NCBI GenBank assembly: GCA_002633005.1
Contig: NMRA01000042.1
Coordinates: 184,838 to 248,837 of the forward strand
Direction: 5' to 3'
Origin: Phoronis australis
Taxonomy: Eukaryota > Animalia > Phoronida
DNA length: 64,000 nucleotides
The notes beneath the pieces were generated by a model. It saw only the letters and a program-made list of their open reading frames with translations. It did not search any database and was not told where the DNA came from. This document shows, in pieces, positions 63,601-64,000 of the stretch; position 1 is the first letter of the stretch; every line of letters begins with the position of its first letter. The position numbers and the translations under genes were made by a program.

Positions 63601-64000
63601 CTGGATGGCTGCAGTGAGGATCAGGACAAGGTGAAAGTTACCATTCATAATTCTGGTTTGGGAATCCTTCTGGTTAGTACATCATTGCTGACAAAGGCAG
63701 GAACGCATTACTTGAAAATAAATCACCATCACACTTCACAGAATGTGATCGTAGTTGCTGGACCATTGTGTCCTGTGAAATGCCATGTTCATGGCAGGGG
63801 GACATCTGTTGCTACCAGCAATTTCCAGACTACATTCCGTCTGTCGCTCTGTGATGCATTTAAGAATGTTTTGGAAGTGAAGAAGTCTCACCTGAAGATG
63901 ATAAGAGCTGATATCAGTGGGTCTCCCTGCACTGTCCGCCTACCTGCTGATGGCTCAAAGTGTTTCAACATATCATACAGACTTAACATCGTTGGAAAAG
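36098..64000 (+). CDS. Giant ankyrin-repeat / filamin-repeat protein, uncharacterised, >4,600 aa, 3' end beyond the window
   Basis: Eleven exons join with fully consistent phases (0,1,2,1,2,2,1,0,2,1). Many ankyrin motifs occur (TPLHYSAQNGH, GRTALHVA, GWLPLHYACADG, STPLHYACIKGN, GWSSLHWAAVGG, GATMLHYAAKGG), followed by filamin-type motifs (LHGVSISGSPFYV, FGVQLFDIAGN, GPLCPVKCHVHGRG, LCDAFKN). Confidence 0.88.
36655..37495. repeat. 19-bp minisatellite, ~44 copies, filling most of an intron
   Basis: gtgtgatagcacccactga. Confidence 0.95.
37521..37659 (+). CDS. Giant gene coding exon 2
   Basis: ctttgtag|LHVVKDLCREKAVCAGVIYCC...LGIQ T|gtaagt; bridges phase 0 to phase 1. Confidence 0.72.
38796..40539 (+). 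CDS. Giant gene coding exon 3 (dense ankyrin array, then CxxC...HxC motif)
   Basis: 590-aa ORF; tttcag| acceptor; CC|gtaagt donor. Confidence 0.92.
40775..41735 (+). mobile_element. Old, degraded HINE-like element(s)
   Basis: ttttatgc start, gtcagtcag microsatellite remnant and repeated gatgaaacttggcat...ggccatttt units. Confidence 0.4.
42717..44773 (+). CDS. Giant gene coding exon 4 (degenerate ankyrin repeats)
   Basis: 704-aa ORF; tttacag| phase 2; G|gtaaag donor. Confidence 0.9.
45130..45247 (+). CDS. Giant gene coding exon 5
   Basis: DNSSERSDRKWLRKLRCRRYKDYIAKKYDEREKIVQMLVT; phase 1 to 2, donor gtaaga. Confidence 0.75.
45990..46080. repeat. 45-bp tandem duplication
   Basis: agacactgaaaccaataggccacactacctcctcagtcatactgt x2. 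Confidence 0.85.
46312..46449 (+). CDS. Giant gene coding exon 6 (ankyrin repeat)
   Basis: YGPPLFGACCSGMTSVVKNLLKHGAQP; tttcag|...AA|gtaagt. Confidence 0.85.
47571..47636 (-). ncRNA. Degenerate non-circularly permuted hammerhead ribozyme-like motif
   Basis: AGAUG-UC-AGGAAG ... AAAGGCU-GAAA-CAUCU ... CUUCCU-CUGACAA-UCGUCUU. Stems I and III each pair perfectly over 6 bp around a GUC triplet; the core has G8>A. Confidence 0.55.
47685..47777 (-). other. tRNA(Ser/Leu)-like Pol III module (SINE-head-like; not an intact tRNA)
   Basis: A box TGGCCGAGTGG (47760-47770), B box GGTTCGATTCC (47696-47706) and a long variable-arm hairpin; the acceptor stem does not pair. Confidence 0.7.
48155..48246 (+). 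CDS. Giant gene coding exon 7 (ankyrin repeat)
   Basis: CAMEVAMKEGHFETASVVLEECRDKAVIMP; G|gtaagc. Confidence 0.85.
48282..48440. repeat. Inverted repeat / fold-back MITE, ~46-bp arms
   Basis: gtaagataaagtaataataatgtacaaaactaatag pairs with ctattagttttgtacattattactttatcttac. Confidence 0.75.
48897..50226 (+). mobile_element. Helentron-associated non-autonomous element (HINE/DINE-1/pearl-like) with internal ~145-bp tandem repeats
   Basis: 5' TTATGCGCCC subterminal repeat, short palindrome, GTCC-type microsatellite, repeated atgaaatttgg/cctagtggc units, 3' GGGCGCAT followed by gctcttgttt. Confidence 0.75.
50590..55541 (+). CDS. Giant gene coding exon 8 (4,952 nt; ankyrin arrays and internal repeat)
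   Basis: 1697-aa ORF; ttttcag| acceptor; CAG|gtaaat donor. Confidence 0.93.
51060..51970 (+). repeat. Coding nested repeat: three ~106-aa units, each starting with 5-6 nine-residue ENSPEAVQS subunits
   Basis: ~318-bp period with 27-bp subrepeats gaaaattcaccagaagctgttca. Confidence 0.92.
56056..57932 (+). CDS. Giant gene coding exon 9 (domain not recognised)
   Basis: 603-aa ORF extended to the ttgtag| acceptor; AG|gtaagt donor. Confidence 0.9.
58327..59993 (+). CDS. Giant gene coding exon 10 (first filamin-type Ig repeats)
   Basis: 507-aa ORF; VVIKLHGVSISGSPFYV motif; G|gtatgt donor. Confidence 0.9.
60277..63358 (+). mobile_element. HINE-like element of the same family, apparently with a second related element nested at ~60620-61830
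   Basis: Termini resemble those at 48897-50226 (tttttatgcacccac...gtgggcgcattatgcc; 3' ggcacatattaacgctgcggtgctcttgtttt). The nested block has ~160-bp atgaaactt/gaccactgcagcacctc units. Confidence 0.7.
63458..64000 (+). CDS. Giant gene coding exon 11, partial (filamin/ABP280-type repeats)
   Basis: Open frame to the window end: FGVQLFDIAGN...GTHYLKIN...VVAGPLCPVKCHVHGRGTSVATSNFQTTFRLSLCDAFKN...FNISYRLNIVGK. Confidence 0.85.

Overview
Eukaryotic, AT-rich genomic window, probably from a marine invertebrate. It holds two divergently transcribed multi-exon genes whose start codons are about 2.2 kb apart. (1) Minus strand: the N-terminal part of a USP34 ortholog, with ATG at 33885 (MCDICGDIIALLQ). 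I traced 39 coding exons by splice-site and phase continuity down to 474; the gene runs off the left edge before the catalytic domain. (2) Plus strand: an unnamed giant gene with ATG at 36098 and 11 phase-consistent exons up to 4.95 kb long. It encodes more than 4,600 aa of ankyrin repeats, Cys/His inserts, a nested internal repeat and C-terminal filamin-type Ig repeats, and runs off the right edge. The introns contain minisatellites (several copied from an exon end plus its splice donor), MITEs, and Helentron-type (HINE/DINE-like) elements whose ~145-bp internal repeats each carry a CTCF-like motif. The most unusual feature is a ~505-bp insert at 47542-48046 flanked by ~70-bp direct repeats. 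It contains a HERO-like restriction-endonuclease retrotransposon 3' end, a tRNA-like Pol III module and a degenerate non-circularly permuted hammerhead ribozyme. An assembly gap spans 24483-25244. All coordinates were derived by hand and family calls come from recalled motifs, not database searches.
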